This document shows, piece by piece, positions 22,509 through 35,271 of a stretch of DNA of 64,000 nucleotides (position 1 is its first letter; every line of letters begins with the position of its first letter). Below the pieces are notes generated by a model, which was not told the origin of the DNA, did not search any database, and saw only the letters and a list, made by a program, of their open reading frames with translations. A program made the position numbers and the translations under genes. The stretch is taken from contig JAVECL010000053.1 of the NCBI GenBank assembly GCA_051942245.1, positions 1 through 64,000 on the forward strand, given 5' to 3'. The stretch comes from Trypethelium eluteriae. Lineage: Eukaryota.

Positions 22509-25017
22509 GTTGGGTTTCTTCTCGCTTAAGATAGCCGCACAGCTATCCAAGAAGCGATGCTGAAGAGATGTCAATGATCGGGGTACAGATCTGCCAATAG
22601 GAGGGCCTCTATTATAATCACAGATGTCTGCACTCTTATCTCACCAGAAAAGAAGGAAAGGAAGCTCATATTATGCCAGCTCAGCCGAACTTCTTCCTTA
22701 TCAATGCCGAATTATCTTGGCGACATACACCTAGCCAATGAAGCGACTTTAATGTCGAGCCGAGCCGTTCTTATGTCCTGTTGTGTAACACGATCTTGTG
22801 GATCCAATGTTGGATCAAGAATTCGGCATGAACACCTCACGCTTAGCAAAAGCAAATTGCTTCGGGCACATACACCAACGCCATCGCATCCCGCTTAGAC
22901 AGAGGCAAGTCCGAGACTCAGCAAGAGGGAAGAGCATTCCATTTATTCTTTCTTGTAGAACTTATGACTGAAAGACACCATCCTGCTTACTCGCAAATAA
23001 GCGGCAAATCTGAAGACAGGGAGTCATAAGGTTCTTCTCCCTCTTGCTGATACCTTCCGTCGGGGAATAAGCCCAAATACAGGCAACACGGGAAAGGGAA
23101 GCAAGCATAAGCACTACTGTGGCAGCTGTGTGTCGGTTTGCGTAAGAGGGGAGCCGAAGACAACAATAAGGCGGTACCTAACAGAAGGACAGATACAGAT
23201 ACTCTACCAATAACCACGGAAACTTTGCCGAGCGCCTCATCAAAGTTAGGATAGCCACATGATATGACAACATGCTGTAATTAAGGACAATAATGCTCGC
23301 CCTTGTCATCACATGGGATCTATTGAAGAGGTGAACTGGCTTATGAGTTACGACCAGTAGAGTAACGGCGAATAAGCTCACGCCATCTAGAGATGTCGAT
23401 AGCTAGGAATATCGTTGCATCAATGGCCTTCGTCGGGGAATTGAGGCATAAGAATGAAGAAGTCAATTCGACTAGAATGATGTAAAAACGGTATCGCAAA
23501 AACATAACACTGGTACTTAAATCTATTCGCGCGACCTTCACTTTCATTAGTTTCAATGATACTTTCGCCGAGTGTTTAATCAGAGGCCATCCATGAGAAC
23601 GATGAGATAGCCACGCGGCTTAAGACTCTCTGCAAGGTCGCATTAGCTATTCTCCTTGAGATTGCTGTTGCCGGCGTTTCTTGAAGAAGCGAATTGTACT
23701 GCCCGCTTTCTAGACCCTTGAACTTAGGCAGGATGTAGAAGTGAGTACTGACTAGGTACGAAGAGGAATAGCCATAGCCGACTAGAAGAATCGAGCATTG
23801 ATTACCCGGCCCGAAAAGGATGCACGGCGAAATCGTTGCGGAGGACGCTTTGACTACGCGTGAGCGAGTTGTTGTCGCGAAAGTGGAGTGATCGCTGCCC
23901 GACTTCTGTTTGCTGTACATGCTATGCATCTGTCCGAGAGTATGTTGGGAATTTCCTAAGAAACCTCTGCAATATCCGCTATCGACAACACTCAACGTGC
24001 TGAGTGCGCGAGCGAGTAGTCAGTCTCCGCCCTTATAATCTTTTCCAATTGAATCAGCTCTAGGCACACGCTTGTCTCAGCATCACTGAAAAGATAATGA
24101 ATGCGCTTGGCATGGATGCTTTTGCCTGCTGGCCGTATTACTGCTGCTGAGGTCGTGTGGCTTGTTGCTGCGTGGTCATATTACTACCGCTGATACCATA
24201 AATGTATGGCGGAGACTTTGTCACCAATGCCACTTCTTCCGGAATTAGTGATCTTCCTCTGCTATTGGGATACACTGATGCCCAGAATATAGGCATTTAT
24301 GATGGAATCCCCGAAAAGTTCGCATGGGAGGGACGACAATGAACCAAGTGCTCAACATCAAGCCGCATTGCTATTTTAGCAACAAAAGGGACTATGCCGC
24401 TAGGCCTCGGGCGGGGCTAGCCCGAAAGGCTTTTCCAAGTCTGAGCCGCTATGTGATATAGTGTTCAGCGAACTCGGACACTTTCTTCCGATATCGCGGA
24501 ATATCATCTTGATGGCGATGCCAGGGAGCGACGAGAAGCTCTCGCTGAAGCTGTCAGATCGGCGTACCTGCATTAGAGGCCATACTCCTGACTGATGACG
24601 TCGACGAGAGAGGTCGTTGATAGAAGCCACCGCCAGGCCGCCGTGAAAGATGAATGTCGTTTCACAGACCCCGCAGTGATACCTCGGATCCGTCCAAGTT
24701 GCAAAGCCGCACACCTAAGAGCAAGCCTCTGCGGATATTGGACGCGAACGACAATGATGATGAAAGCGTATAGCAAAGTCCGCATATAGTATACTGAAGA
24801 CCGGTAGTGCATTAGCAGAAGTGCGCACAAGCCACGGCTCCATAAGGGGTCAGCCAACGACCAAGGATTGAGAGCCATCTTCAAGAAAGTGGGTGATGAT
24901 GTCAGGCCACGGCTTACTGAAGGAAAGTGCTTGACAGCCTCTTCGTGGGGAGGCAATGGGTAACAATATAATTGGGAAAATCACCAACGGAGTGCCCACT
25001 CAAATGCCAATTCAGTT

Positions 25018-25719
25018 TCAAGTCTTCCAGTGTTTCACTCGTTCAATTTCCATGCCATCACTCTGAATGGCTTCTGCTCCAGCCTTCTCCATCTCAGCAA
25101 AGGCTTGCTCACATCCTTGAGTGTCGACGCCCTTGACACCATCTTTGATGACCCACACCTTGAAACCTTCACCTGCAGCATCAAGAACGCTGCTCTTGAC
25201 ACAGTAATCCGTCGCAAGCCCGCAGACATAGCAATCCGTGACGTCATTCATCCTCAATGTCTCCGCCAGTCCACTCCTCGCGACTTGCGGGTTCCGAAAC
25301 GGATCCCCGAACACGCTGTACATCTCAACCCGTGGATCTTGCCCCTTCTCCACCACCATGTCTAGTTTTCCTTGATCAATCTCAGCAATGATATCAGCAC
25401 CCGGGGTGTCTTGAATGCAGTGATCGGGCCAGAGACGAGTGGTCTGCTTTTCGGAATCATTCAAGGGGTTGGAGATGGTGGCGAAGGAGTCGTAAGGTTT
25501 GTTATCGGGCGCGGAATGGTTCGAAGCAAATGAGATATGGTCTCTTGGATGCCAATCCTTGGTCGCGACTCTTAGGAAGAAGGGGAGGTCGATTAGCTTG
25601 TTGACCACTGGCGCGATTGACCGCCCTTGAGGAATGCCCATGGAGCCATCGGGCCCGCAAAAGTCGTTCTGAGTATCGATTATGAGGAGCGCGGGTTTGA
25701 AAGCATCTTCGCTTGCCAT
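25018..25719 (-). CDS. PNC1: Nicotinamidase/pyrazinamidase (isochorismatase family)
   Basis: ALLIIDTQNDF, TKDWHP..HISFA, LWPDHC, VEKG...EMYSVF and GLATDYCV give the Asp-Lys-Cys triad and metal ligands. Confidence 0.93.
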   Translation of the reverse strand: MASEDAFKPALLIIDTQNDFCGPDGSMGIPQGRSIAPVVNKLIDLPFFLRVATKDWHPRDHISFASNHSAPDNKPYDSFATISNPLNDSEKQTTRLWPDHCIQDTPGADIIAEIDQGKLDMVVEKGQDPRVEMYSVFGDPFRNPQVARSGLAETLRMNDVTDCYVCGLATDYCVKSSVLDAAGEGFKVWVIKDGVKGVDTQGCEQAFAEMEKAGAEAIQSDGMEIERVKHWKT

Positions 25720-26518
25720 AGTTTCGATGTCCGAATGTCTAGCAAGGTCTAGACGCGAGCTGTAGTAGGAGTTTGGGGTACTTGGAAGAGAAGCAGAATG
25801 CCTGTGCCTCGATGATTAATCTGGCTCAGACATTCCCATGCGCCACAAGTTCACTGTATGCACGATTGATGGACAGTTCGAAGACTGCAATAAAACGAGC
25901 CTTTGTGTTAAGCCTTTGGGGCTCATCAATGGGTTGCTGTCGTGACGTAGGATTAAGAAAGCCTGGAACCTTGTGCGTCATCAGACGACATTTCGAGGGG
26001 CAATAGCAAGGGCGATCTGTGGCCGAAGCCGGTCGTGCTTTTATGCAAGACCGTTTTTCTTTTGCTTTTTCCCCTCTACGCCCTATCAAATGTCCGGCCG
26101 TATCAGATACGCGTGATCAGGGCAGATCATCTAGTCGCATGCAATCGCGTCAACAGGTGTTCAGTGAGTCAAGGTTGATTGTGGATTTAGGAACTTCAAC
26201 CGCCGCTATCTAGGTTCCGTAGTGACGCATTGGTGAGAAATCTCTGAGTAAACTCTTGACCGAATTTTCAGTGAGCGCTGTTTACTTGATGCCTCCATCT
26301 CGATCTATAGAATAGCTTTCGTTCCCCATCTTTCCTTAAAGTCATCAAAACGATGCGCCTTACTTTGGAGTGCATATCCCAAGACATTGGACGAGTGGCT
26401 CCCAACTGATGTTTCCACGTTGCATTTCCTTTCTCGCAAATTCGGTTCCTTGACTCATCTTCAGTGTCACGAGCAAAGAGATAGATATTGACCCAATTGA
26501 CAACTCCGCAGGCCAAGT

Positions 26519-28039
26519 ATGCCCTCCTCTTACCATCCTGCAACACTTGCCATTCACGCCGACGACAAACTCAACGAGTAAGACGCCCTTCTTCCGTATA
26601 TTTCGATAAGAAAGCAACGAAGGGAAGAAAAGATTACTCATGCATTAATGTCGCTAAATTCTCGTCAAACCACTGTCTAATCTTCCGAAAGCTCCACGGA
26701 CGTCGCACCGGCCCTTCACTTATCTACGACGTTCCGGTACACCAACGATCTCACCCGTCTTAATCCTGTCCCTGATGAAGATGTCTTCGAGTCCGCAGAT
26801 CTATCAAAGCAGCCACCGCACGTCTACTCCCGACTTACCGCACCTAACACCACTCGGTTCGAACAGATCCTATCTAAACTCTTGAAGAGCGACGTTGTCA
26901 CGTACTCGTCCGGTCTCTCAGCGTTCCACGCGGAACTCACGTTTCTGAACCCGAAGGTCGTAGCCATTGGGCATGGGGAGCGAGGCGGATATCATGGATG
27001 CCATGGAGTGCTAAACTTGTTCCAGAGAGTGAGCAAGTGTAAGGTTGTGGTATGTGTTGGCTCTGTCCCAATGCTTCCTGCAGTGTACCTGTGGTCCACG
27101 CTCGTGCTTCGCGAGAGACCAGTATCCTCCATGTTCAAGATCAGCCTAAGAAGAACTCGAATTTAACAGGACAATTAGGACCTTTTCGCCGACGACGCCA
27201 CGTGGGATGCTGCCGGGCTTGGGTCAGGCGATGTCGTCCATATGGAAACCCCGCTGAACCCCACCGGTATTGCATACAATATTTCCGAATTTGCGGATCG
27301 CGCACACAAGCACGGCGCCTATCTCAGTGTCGATGCTACATTCGGTCCCCCTCCGCTCCAAGACCCCTTTGCGCACGGCGCAGACATCGTTATGCACAGC
27401 GGCACCAAATACTTTGGCGGTCATAGCGACATGCTGTGTGGCGTCCTTGCCATCAACCCTGAACGAGAGCGGGAGCGAAAGGCGCAGGGCCAGGAGATCT
27501 GGTGGAGAGGGCTTTCGATCGATCGTCTATTCCTCGGAAGCGTAATGGGAAGTCTGGAAGGCTGGCTTGGCGTTCGCTCCCTGCGAACGCTAGAGTTGCG
27601 CGTTCAGAGACAGAGCGAGAACGCGACGGAGCTTGTGAGCTGGCTGGATGCGCGGATGAAGGAGCCCGGTGTCGTCGCGGATACGGAGACGGCAGCGGAT
27701 GAAGGAGAGGTGGTGAGGAAGACCGTGGGGAAAGTGATGCATGCAAGCTTGCAGAAGGATGGCGGAGATTGGTTGAAACAGCAAATGCCCAACGGATTTG
27801 GACCGGTGTTCTCAGTGATGATGCAGACCAGAGAGATGGCGAGGAGATTGCCAAGCAAATTGCATCTATTCCATCATGCCACAAGTCTCGGTGGAGTAGA
27901 GAGCTTGATCGAGTGGAGAAAAATGAGCGATAAAGAAGTAGACGATAGACTGGTTCGGATTAGTGTGGGAGTAGAGAGAGTGGAGGACTTGAAGATGGAC
28001 TTGCTCGACGCGTTCAAGTCGATGGTGGCCGAGCTATAA
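26519..28039 (+). CDS. PLP-dependent Cys/Met metabolism enzyme (cystathionine gamma-synthase/beta-lyase family)
   Basis: MPSSYHPATLAIHADD | STDVAPALHLSTTF...YSRL..P...SSGLSA...ETPLNPTG...VDATF...HSGTKYFGGHSD (PLP lysine)...ATSLGGVESLIE...RISVGVE. Introns at 26578-26691 and about 27050-27178. Confidence 0.92.
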
Positions 28040-28894
28040 ACAAAGGTATGTGAGCTATTATTTCGAGCGACCAATGAGGGAATTGGGCTGATAATTTTGA
28101 AGGAATGCAAGTGTACAGATCGTAGACTAGAATTGACAGAGCTATATCGTGTTCGGTGCATCCACTCGCGTTTTTGACCCTGCCATGCGATCTCAGTGGG
28201 ACATGAATCAAGACTTTACAAATACAGCTCGAGTAATTACAGATACCTTGTTTCGCGGCACAGCAATCTCCCGCACCGCAATTTTCCTCTCTCCCCCGAT
28301 TGAACATGGTTCCCATTTTGGGCCCCGATAGGTATCTGCTAATTCCGACGGATGTTTCAATAGACGTCGAAATCGGTTGTCGCCAAGTATCGGCCAGAAA
28401 CAGTCCCGCGCTTACACACATCCATAATCAGAAGATGCGTTCTCACCCACTTTCAGCTATGGCCATGCCTGTGAGCTTAGACGTAGATACATGAGAAAAA
28501 AGGATAATATGAGGCGTGAGGATATACTGGATAATTGAATGGCTAGAGATCCTGATATCTCTATACCTGAGCAATGACTCCAGGTAAAGGAAGGTACGGA
28601 TCAGTAGTATGTATACCCGAGTCACTTTTCTGTACTCTATACCTAACCTTACCAACCAATAGTCTCTCCTCCTCTTATCGCTAGTTACCTCACCGCTTCT
28701 TCGGCCATCCATGCAATGAAGAGAGACCTGATCAATGACTTTTAGGACGGGCAGTTTGAAAATGGTTTGTGACTCACATTAACTTGCACACGCAAGGATG
28801 TACCCCTGACATCGTAACTTGAGTCACGCTTGCGCTCAAGTTGACTTTCTTCTAAGTGCTTGCATTCTCTCTTCTAACCTCTTCAAGAACAATA

Positions 28895-31150
28895 ATGCGT
28901 CGACTTCTAAGCCGCAAATTCTCGGATTCCAAGGAGCATTTTCTATGCTTGAGATGTAGACAAAGCGGCCACTCAGCGTCAGAGTGTCAAAACAGCTTTC
29001 AAGGTCGTCATAACTGGTTTCTATCCGAGTCGCGTGAGAGAATGAGTTTCGATCGTGGCGTTACAAATTCCGAAATGCTATGTCAACGGTGCAAAAATCT
29101 CAACATATTGGCATGGCTCAAGACGACCCCTCCAATTCAAGGAGATAGAGATTTGGGGAAGGAAAATATGAAACAAGACCGAAGAGTCTTTCGCCCTCTC
29201 GGAAGGGTCCAGGATTTGAAATTTCACAGCGAATGCCCATTGTGCCGTTGTGTCTTTGCAATGATACCGAATCCAAGTGAACCAGATCAAATGGTGTTTT
29301 TGGTTCTCAGTTGGTCAATGTACCGCTTGGAAGCCTCTATGAGGATGGATACCAATCGAAAACGAAGCACCGCGAGGTACATTTGCGCAATCCTCGATCC
29401 TTCCTATGAAGGAACTACCGTCGAGGCTCAGGCGTCAACTCACGGGGATGGACTGTCTATTGCTTCTAATGACGCCAAGTATCCTTATCCCGCTCTTGGA
29501 TCAAGAAATATCGACACTGGCAACTTGGACTTCAATATGATTCGTACCTGGCTTTCCCGATGTGACAGCAATCATAAGCTTCCTTGCGCCCGTATCACAT
29601 CAGATGAATTAAAAGCTATTTGCTTGATTGACGTCCACCAACGGAAGATCGTGAGTTGTTCCAACAAGAGCCAAGAGTATCTAGCATTAAGCTATGTCTG
29701 GGGAAATGTTGAGCAGTATGTCCCGGGCGCGGGTAAAGCAGATAGTGATACTATCTTAGGCAACTTACCTCAAACAGTCGAGGATGCCCTTCTGGTAACA
29801 AACCAGTTGGGGAAAAACTACCTCTGGGTCGACTCCATTTGTATTGATCAGACCAACGAAGTCCAAAAGGCTCACCAGATAGCTATAATGAGTCAAATAT
29901 ATCAGGGGGCTTATGCCACGATTATCGCTTTCTCGACCACAAGTGCGAATGACCACTTACCCAGAGTTTCATCTGCAAACACTTCTTGGAGACAGATGTC
30001 TTGTACGATTGATGGAATTAGACTTCTTGGATTTGGACCTACGCTGTCTCATCTTGTTTGGTATATGCGATGGGGTCGTCGAGCTTGGACTTATCAAGAA
30101 GCATTGTTGAGCCCCCGATGCATCTATATCAGCAAGTTCCAGGTCTATTTCGAATGCAACGCAGTAACATGCTGTGAATCTATCAATGAGTCTTACTCGC
30201 ACATTCACCAAGAAAGCAGTGATGGGAACTATCTCCCATTGACCAACACCGGCGTTCTTCGAAACCCTTTCACAAACGTTATAACAGAACCAGGGACAGC
30301 CTTGAGTCTCTACTCAACTAGCGCAACGTTATTTAGCCGGCGAGCGTTGACAAAACAATCTGATGCCCTGAATGCATTTGATGGAATCCTTCAGATATTG
30401 CAGCGAAAGGCTTATGGCGGTGGGTTTTACTGGGCTCTTCCATGTGCACACCTGAATTGGGCACTTACCTGGCAGGCACATGATGCTAGGGACCAGGAGA
30501 CTGGGTTGAGGTCTGAGTTCCCAACATGGAGTTGGCTGAGCTGGATGGGGGGGATTTGGCCTGGACAGCCTGAGCCGGAGGGGCCTCAAAACCCCGCATG
30601 TTATCCTTTTGATTTGACGCTTGGAAAACACATACCAAGCAAAGGCATTGAACAGATTTTCAGTATGTCCTACGGTGACATGAATACCAAGGAACAACAA
30701 GACCTGCGTGACGATCCTCTGGTGGATGTGGAAAGCTTTAGTTGTGATGGAGACTTTGATATTCCCGGCGACTTTGACTTGTCTCGTATCGAGCACATTC
30801 TCTATTTTGAAGGGTTTGTCTTGCGTTTTCGTCTTTATGAACGATTCAAACCAAGTAGATCCACACATTACTCGTGGGTTATGGTAAGAACGGGAGGAAC
30901 ACTTCTCAAAGGAACAACGACATATGACCCAACGCCTCTCGTAGATCGAGACAAGTGTCTATACCTACTGCTAGCTCGGAAATATGTTCCGGAGCTTGAT
31001 AGTGGCATCGTGACCCACTCACTTCTCTCGCTGAATCGACGGAAAGGCTTCTGGGAAAGATTAAATATCATTCACTTGGACATTCCAGTAGGGAAATTGG
31101 CAATTCTGAGAGATCTTGGTCTCCAAAGGCTAAAAGGTATACTGGTTTAA
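28895..31150 (+). CDS. HET-domain (heterokaryon incompatibility) protein with an N-terminal CCHC zinc knuckle
   Basis: HET blocks YLALSYVWG, LPQTVEDA...YLWVDSICIDQ, QIAIMSQIYQGA and RRAWTYQE, plus downstream FPTWSWLSW. N-terminal CLRCRQSGHSASEC. Intronless. Confidence 0.9.
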   Translation: MRRLLSRKFSDSKEHFLCLRCRQSGHSASECQNSFQGRHNWFLSESRERMSFDRGVTNSEMLCQRCKNLNILAWLKTTPPIQGDRDLGKENMKQDRRVFRPLGRVQDLKFHSECPLCRCVFAMIPNPSEPDQMVFLVLSWSMYRLEASMRMDTNRKRSTARYICAILDPSYEGTTVEAQASTHGDGLSIASNDAKYPYPALGSRNIDTGNLDFNMIRTWLSRCDSNHKLPCARITSDELKAICLIDVHQRKIVSCSNKSQEYLALSYVWGNVEQYVPGAGKADSDTILGNLPQTVEDALLVTNQLGKNYLWVDSICIDQTNEVQKAHQIAIMSQIYQGAYATIIAFSTTSANDHLPRVSSANTSWRQMSCTIDGIRLLGFGPTLSHLVWYMRWGRRAWTYQEALLSPRCIYISKFQVYFECNAVTCCESINESYSHIHQESSDGNYLPLTNTGVLRNPFTNVITEPGTALSLYSTSATLFSRRALTKQSDALNAFDGILQILQRKAYGGGFYWALPCAHLNWALTWQAHDARDQETGLRSEFPTWSWLSWMGGIWPGQPEPEGPQNPACYPFDLTLGKHIPSKGIEQIFSMSYGDMNTKEQQDLRDDPLVDVESFSCDGDFDIPGDFDLSRIEHILYFEGFVLRFRLYERFKPSRSTHYSWVMVRTGGTLLKGTTTYDPTPLVDRDKCLYLLLARKYVPELDSGIVTHSLLSLNRRKGFWERLNIIHLDIPVGKLAILRDLGLQRLKGILV

Positions 31151-32439
31151 CAAGTGCGACTCATCAGTTGGCGCAAGGACGGAGAAGACTTCCCTCACAA
31201 CCCATACCCCGGCGGCTTAGACTACCTTCTTTTCGGCCTAGCGTAAATCTATTGTATCTAAGTTCTAAAGGTGGTCGTTTTTACCTAAGGAAACTGCAGT
31301 CTGCTGATACATCTGACCTGGCTTGCTACAATGGTGGTCGCAGCGCTTTGCATGGGGATCTGCTAAGAGCGAGATGCCGGTACCTGTGTGAGACCCTACA
31401 GTTCACGCGTTGCTGGCTTCCACATTGTCCAGATCGCCCCGTTCAAATGGAGAGGCAAATTGCACTTTTTTTAAGGACTGGTTCAAAGAGGATACAATAC
31501 CGATACAGTCAGCGAATCAGAAAGCAAAGTGCCGATAACATATGCAAATCCCAATTCCCCATTGGCAGACGATTGGTAGTCTTTGTTCATACTCTCCTCA
31601 CGTACTGGGCGGCATGGTCTGCCCCTTGTTAGCTTTCGCTATCTGACGGGATGGAGGGAAGCTGCAAATAGAACTCCAAAGCTAGGATGACCTTCGTAGC
31701 TTTTCATATATAACTATGACCTGAAGCTCTTATTTATGGTCATCTAAGCGGAACTGTTCTGGAATTTTTCCGCGCTGTTCGTGAAACGAGGTGTTCTGGC
31801 CATAGGGGACACCGAACCTCAAAATTGCGTAGATCTCGGCGCCTCCGATTGCCAGCCCCCAAAGAACAGAGTCCGACAGGTGTCGCCCAGGATATACGAT
31901 CTACCTGATCTATGACTCCTATGACCTCGGCCATCGATTGTGCCGACGAATGGTTAAGATAGAGCAATACGACGTGACCGAAAGTGCAGTAATCTCCTAA
32001 CATCTAGGGAACACAGTATTGATCCGCAGATCCTCAAATACTCGGATTGTCTATCTGTCAAAAAGTCGATAACTTGGTTCCGAGGACATGATTCACAGAT
32101 TGTCTAGGCAGGCATCTGATCAGCCCCGATCATACTATCACTTTAAAAGGTGCTTACCATGATTTCACTTTGTTAACTGTTCTTCTCAAGGATACCACAT
32201 GTCACTTACAATCTTCTACATCTGAGATATACGGTGGAGATGCTACACTCCTAAACATCAATCTGCTGGATCGCAGCGATGCAGATCTTGCAAGTGGTGT
32301 TAGAAACAGTAATTTGATACTTGCTCATTGATGAGAGAACTTTATACAAGAAGTTCGCCTCATCTCTAAAATCTCTACTACCGGCTTTTCTGAATTTTAC
32401 ATCACTATTCAAGCTTGCCTACCCTCTATCCCCTATGAC

Positions 32440-33516
32440 ATGGGCATTCTACTTCATCAGTATGGAAGTATAGAGATACTTAAGCTCTTCATTGGGATTA
32501 TCCTCTGTCTCCCACTTCTTATCGATGGGGCAGTTGCTGTCCTCCCTCCTATCTCAAAAGCAGATATCAAGCCCATATTGCGCAATAAAACGCAGTGTGC
32601 ACCCGATCATTGCCCTGCAGTATGTAATCGCCCCTTTCACCACCGGCTTAAGACCAGCAGCAATCATACAATTCCGGAAGCAGCTACACTCAATGAGTCG
32701 ACTTCGTCCAACCTGCAAAGGCGGTATTTACCACCTCTTTCACAAATCACAGACCGGCGAAGATACGTATGTCAACTCACATGGTCCGCTTCTCATGCAA
32801 ACCAATTCGCCACGCACCATTATGAGCGCAGTCCTGAAGGAGAAACGAGCATGAAACTTTGGTTCTTCCCGGAGACAGGCGAAACTGCCATGGGTATCAG
32901 AAGGATGTTCGGATACACGGCTGTTATAGCGATATCCCAGAGAGGTGTCTCTTTTTCAATCATGCCGGAAACACCTATCTTTGAGAATGATCAACATGTT
33001 GAGCAAGATCATGAAACCTTCTATGGACTGGGCATTGCACCTATGCGAGATCCACGAGACCCATCCGCGTCAGGGCCAATTAGATCTGGGATCTCACTAG
33101 GGCGTATCCTGCGCCGAGGGGAGATGATGGGGCCCGAACATGACCCACATCTCTTCATTGTCACGCCAAACACCGATGCCAGCGCGAGAGAGCGCGGAAT
33201 ACAGACACCTCTACGATGGCAACAGAAGGTCGAAGTTCTGAGCCAAAGCATAGAAGAGTTATCAGGCCAGCGGCCTCAGATTGTAGGATACGAGAGACGC
33301 CCTCGTTACGAGACAACTGGACAATTCCCAACACAAACAAGACCATATGCCGGCTGGGGTGCGAGGGCCATTGTAGAAGTCGATATGAACGACGATTTAT
33401 TGGAAGTTCCGGGCGAGAGTGGTGCGGCCGATAGCATTTCGTTAGCAAGCTGGAGATTATGGGTTGAGGATGAACCGATACATGCGGAGACATTCTGTGC
33501 CCCATACGACCCTTGA
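32440..33516 (+). CDS. Secreted hypothetical protein (358 aa), possible CNF1/CheD-like fold with degenerate catalytic residues
   Basis: Hydrophobic N-terminal segment, a short Cys cluster, dibasic LQRR, then motif MFGYTAVIAISQRGVSFSIMPE. The fold call is inference. Confidence 0.7.
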   Translation: MGILLHQYGSIEILKLFIGIILCLPLLIDGAVAVLPPISKADIKPILRNKTQCAPDHCPAVCNRPFHHRLKTSSNHTIPEAATLNESTSSNLQRRYLPPLSQITDRRRYVCQLTWSASHANQFATHHYERSPEGETSMKLWFFPETGETAMGIRRMFGYTAVIAISQRGVSFSIMPETPIFENDQHVEQDHETFYGLGIAPMRDPRDPSASGPIRSGISLGRILRRGEMMGPEHDPHLFIVTPNTDASARERGIQTPLRWQQKVEVLSQSIEELSGQRPQIVGYERRPRYETTGQFPTQTRPYAGWGARAIVEVDMNDDLLEVPGESGAADSISLASWRLWVEDEPIHAETFCAPYDP

Positions 33517-35271
33517 ATCGTTGCAGAGAAACGAGACACTTATGCAGTCGACTTCGGTAACGACGTGGCGTCTGAAGGCTTCTTTGGACCGGAGTTCTTT
33601 TTTAAGAAAAGGGGGCGGATTCACGTTTTGGGTATACACGGAAGAATTTCTTAGAGGCGCTCCACTGGGTCAATATCCCACCAAGCAAGCTTTAGAGCAA
33701 GAAACTTCATGACCGGAAATATGATATCGAGTTTGAAAGAGAAATGAGACCGAATCAATTCGTTCTTTCTTATTTTCTTAGAGTACTCGTCTCCGGCCCG
33801 ATGAAGCTTTCTGCAATTCTCTTACCGTTCCTATTCGATTGCATCTGCAAAATGAAGCATGCGCGTGCATGAAGTTAAGAGCCTTCGATTGGTATTTCGA
33901 ATTCCTCGCCTAAGAAAATCCAAGATAAGGTGACTTTCGAGGTGTTAAAAGAGGGCTTGGGAGGGGTAGTCGTAAACGCTTATCTTTTGACATTTAACGT
34001 ACTTGGATAGGCACGAGACACATAAGGCAAAGGCGGAGAAAGAAGCCTGGCGTTTCTAGCAAGTGTCGGCATTTTCCCAAAGGCAAAACAAGAACTCGAG
34101 CCCGAACTCAATTCTTGCCGACTTTGAAGTGCGATAGTCAGGATTTTGTTTGAGGGTCTGAAGGTCGAAAACCACGCGTTTTGCGCCAACCACACAGCGA
34201 TGGTCGTTCTTAGAGCTCCATTCGTATGCCATTTGCAAGCTAATTTTGAGATGCGTTGCCTGGTGTGATTTTACTCAGTGATCAATACCTCTGCTGGAGC
34301 TAGGGACTACTGGAGTTGAAATGTATTCGACGCAGTCGCACGCGAATGCGAGCCTGGCCTGGAACCATCCGTAAGGTAGGTTCGGTGGGTTTCATTACAA
34401 GAGAAGTCTTAGTCATCCGCTTGCTACTTACGGTTAACCCAAATCATGCACCACGGTCGGAGCTTTTGCACATTTCCCATCAGACTCTGCATTACTCCGT
34501 GTTTGGTTGGTGTTATTCCAGCACTATCTACCTATCCAGTATAGCATTGCGGAAGGCTCTGATGACTCAGAATTCTGTTTTCGGGACGATGCTCTGCGCC
34601 GTGTCCTGATGGGAAAGGACGTCAAACTTTGTGAGCTCATTAGAATCAGGCTTTCCTTAGTGCCTCTATCCACAGCGTCACGCGAACCGCCATGACTACT
34701 CGAATAGCCTACTTTTCTCCTAATACCCCTCCAGTATCTTTCGGACATAGGTAAACGAGGCTAGGGAGATGAGGGGATCCGGACAAGTTCTCACACGACG
34801 GTACTCCGCGTTACCAGTTTCATTCGGCGTGAGAGCAAATTAGGCGCAATAGCTTCGAAGCTTGCCACTGAGCTATTTGGTTCTCGCCCGTCACAGTTCC
34901 ACTCAAGCACTCTAATACTTCTCACACTTGTGGCAATTTGCCCTAGTGTTCTCGAGCTCTTGGCGCACTTTGCGGTATCGCAGACCCATTCCAGGAACAG
35001 TGCTTAGGTTGCTCTCTGGATACGCTACTTCGCCGAACGCTCTCCACGCAACTCAATTGAAAGAAGCGATCTTACTTTTTGCGAAGGTGAAACAATGTTG
35101 ATGCCACTGGAGTCATTTCCGAGCCAGCAGATGGAGATATATTAGGTACTCAGGAACCGCTAATCATACATTTTTGTTCTTCGTCAACAACACGCTCGCT
35201 ACACCCTTAATATTATAATCAGAGGCCTGCGTTGCTCTCTTCTGACACTCTTTGATCGTTGTTCGATAAAA

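Noticed and set aside
24592..24626. CTGATGA followed by a short stem, resembling a hammerhead ribozyme core
   Set aside because: No GAAA after stem II and no stems I/III or cleavage triplet found.
24754..24797. ATGATGA...CTGA resembling a C/D box snoRNA
   Set aside because: Only about 45 nt, with no terminal stem and no recognisable rRNA guide.
25018..31150. Nicotinamidase near a TIR-related HET protein as an NAD-linked defence module
   Set aside because: PNC1 is a core gene separated from HET by an unrelated enzyme; adjacency alone is not evidence.
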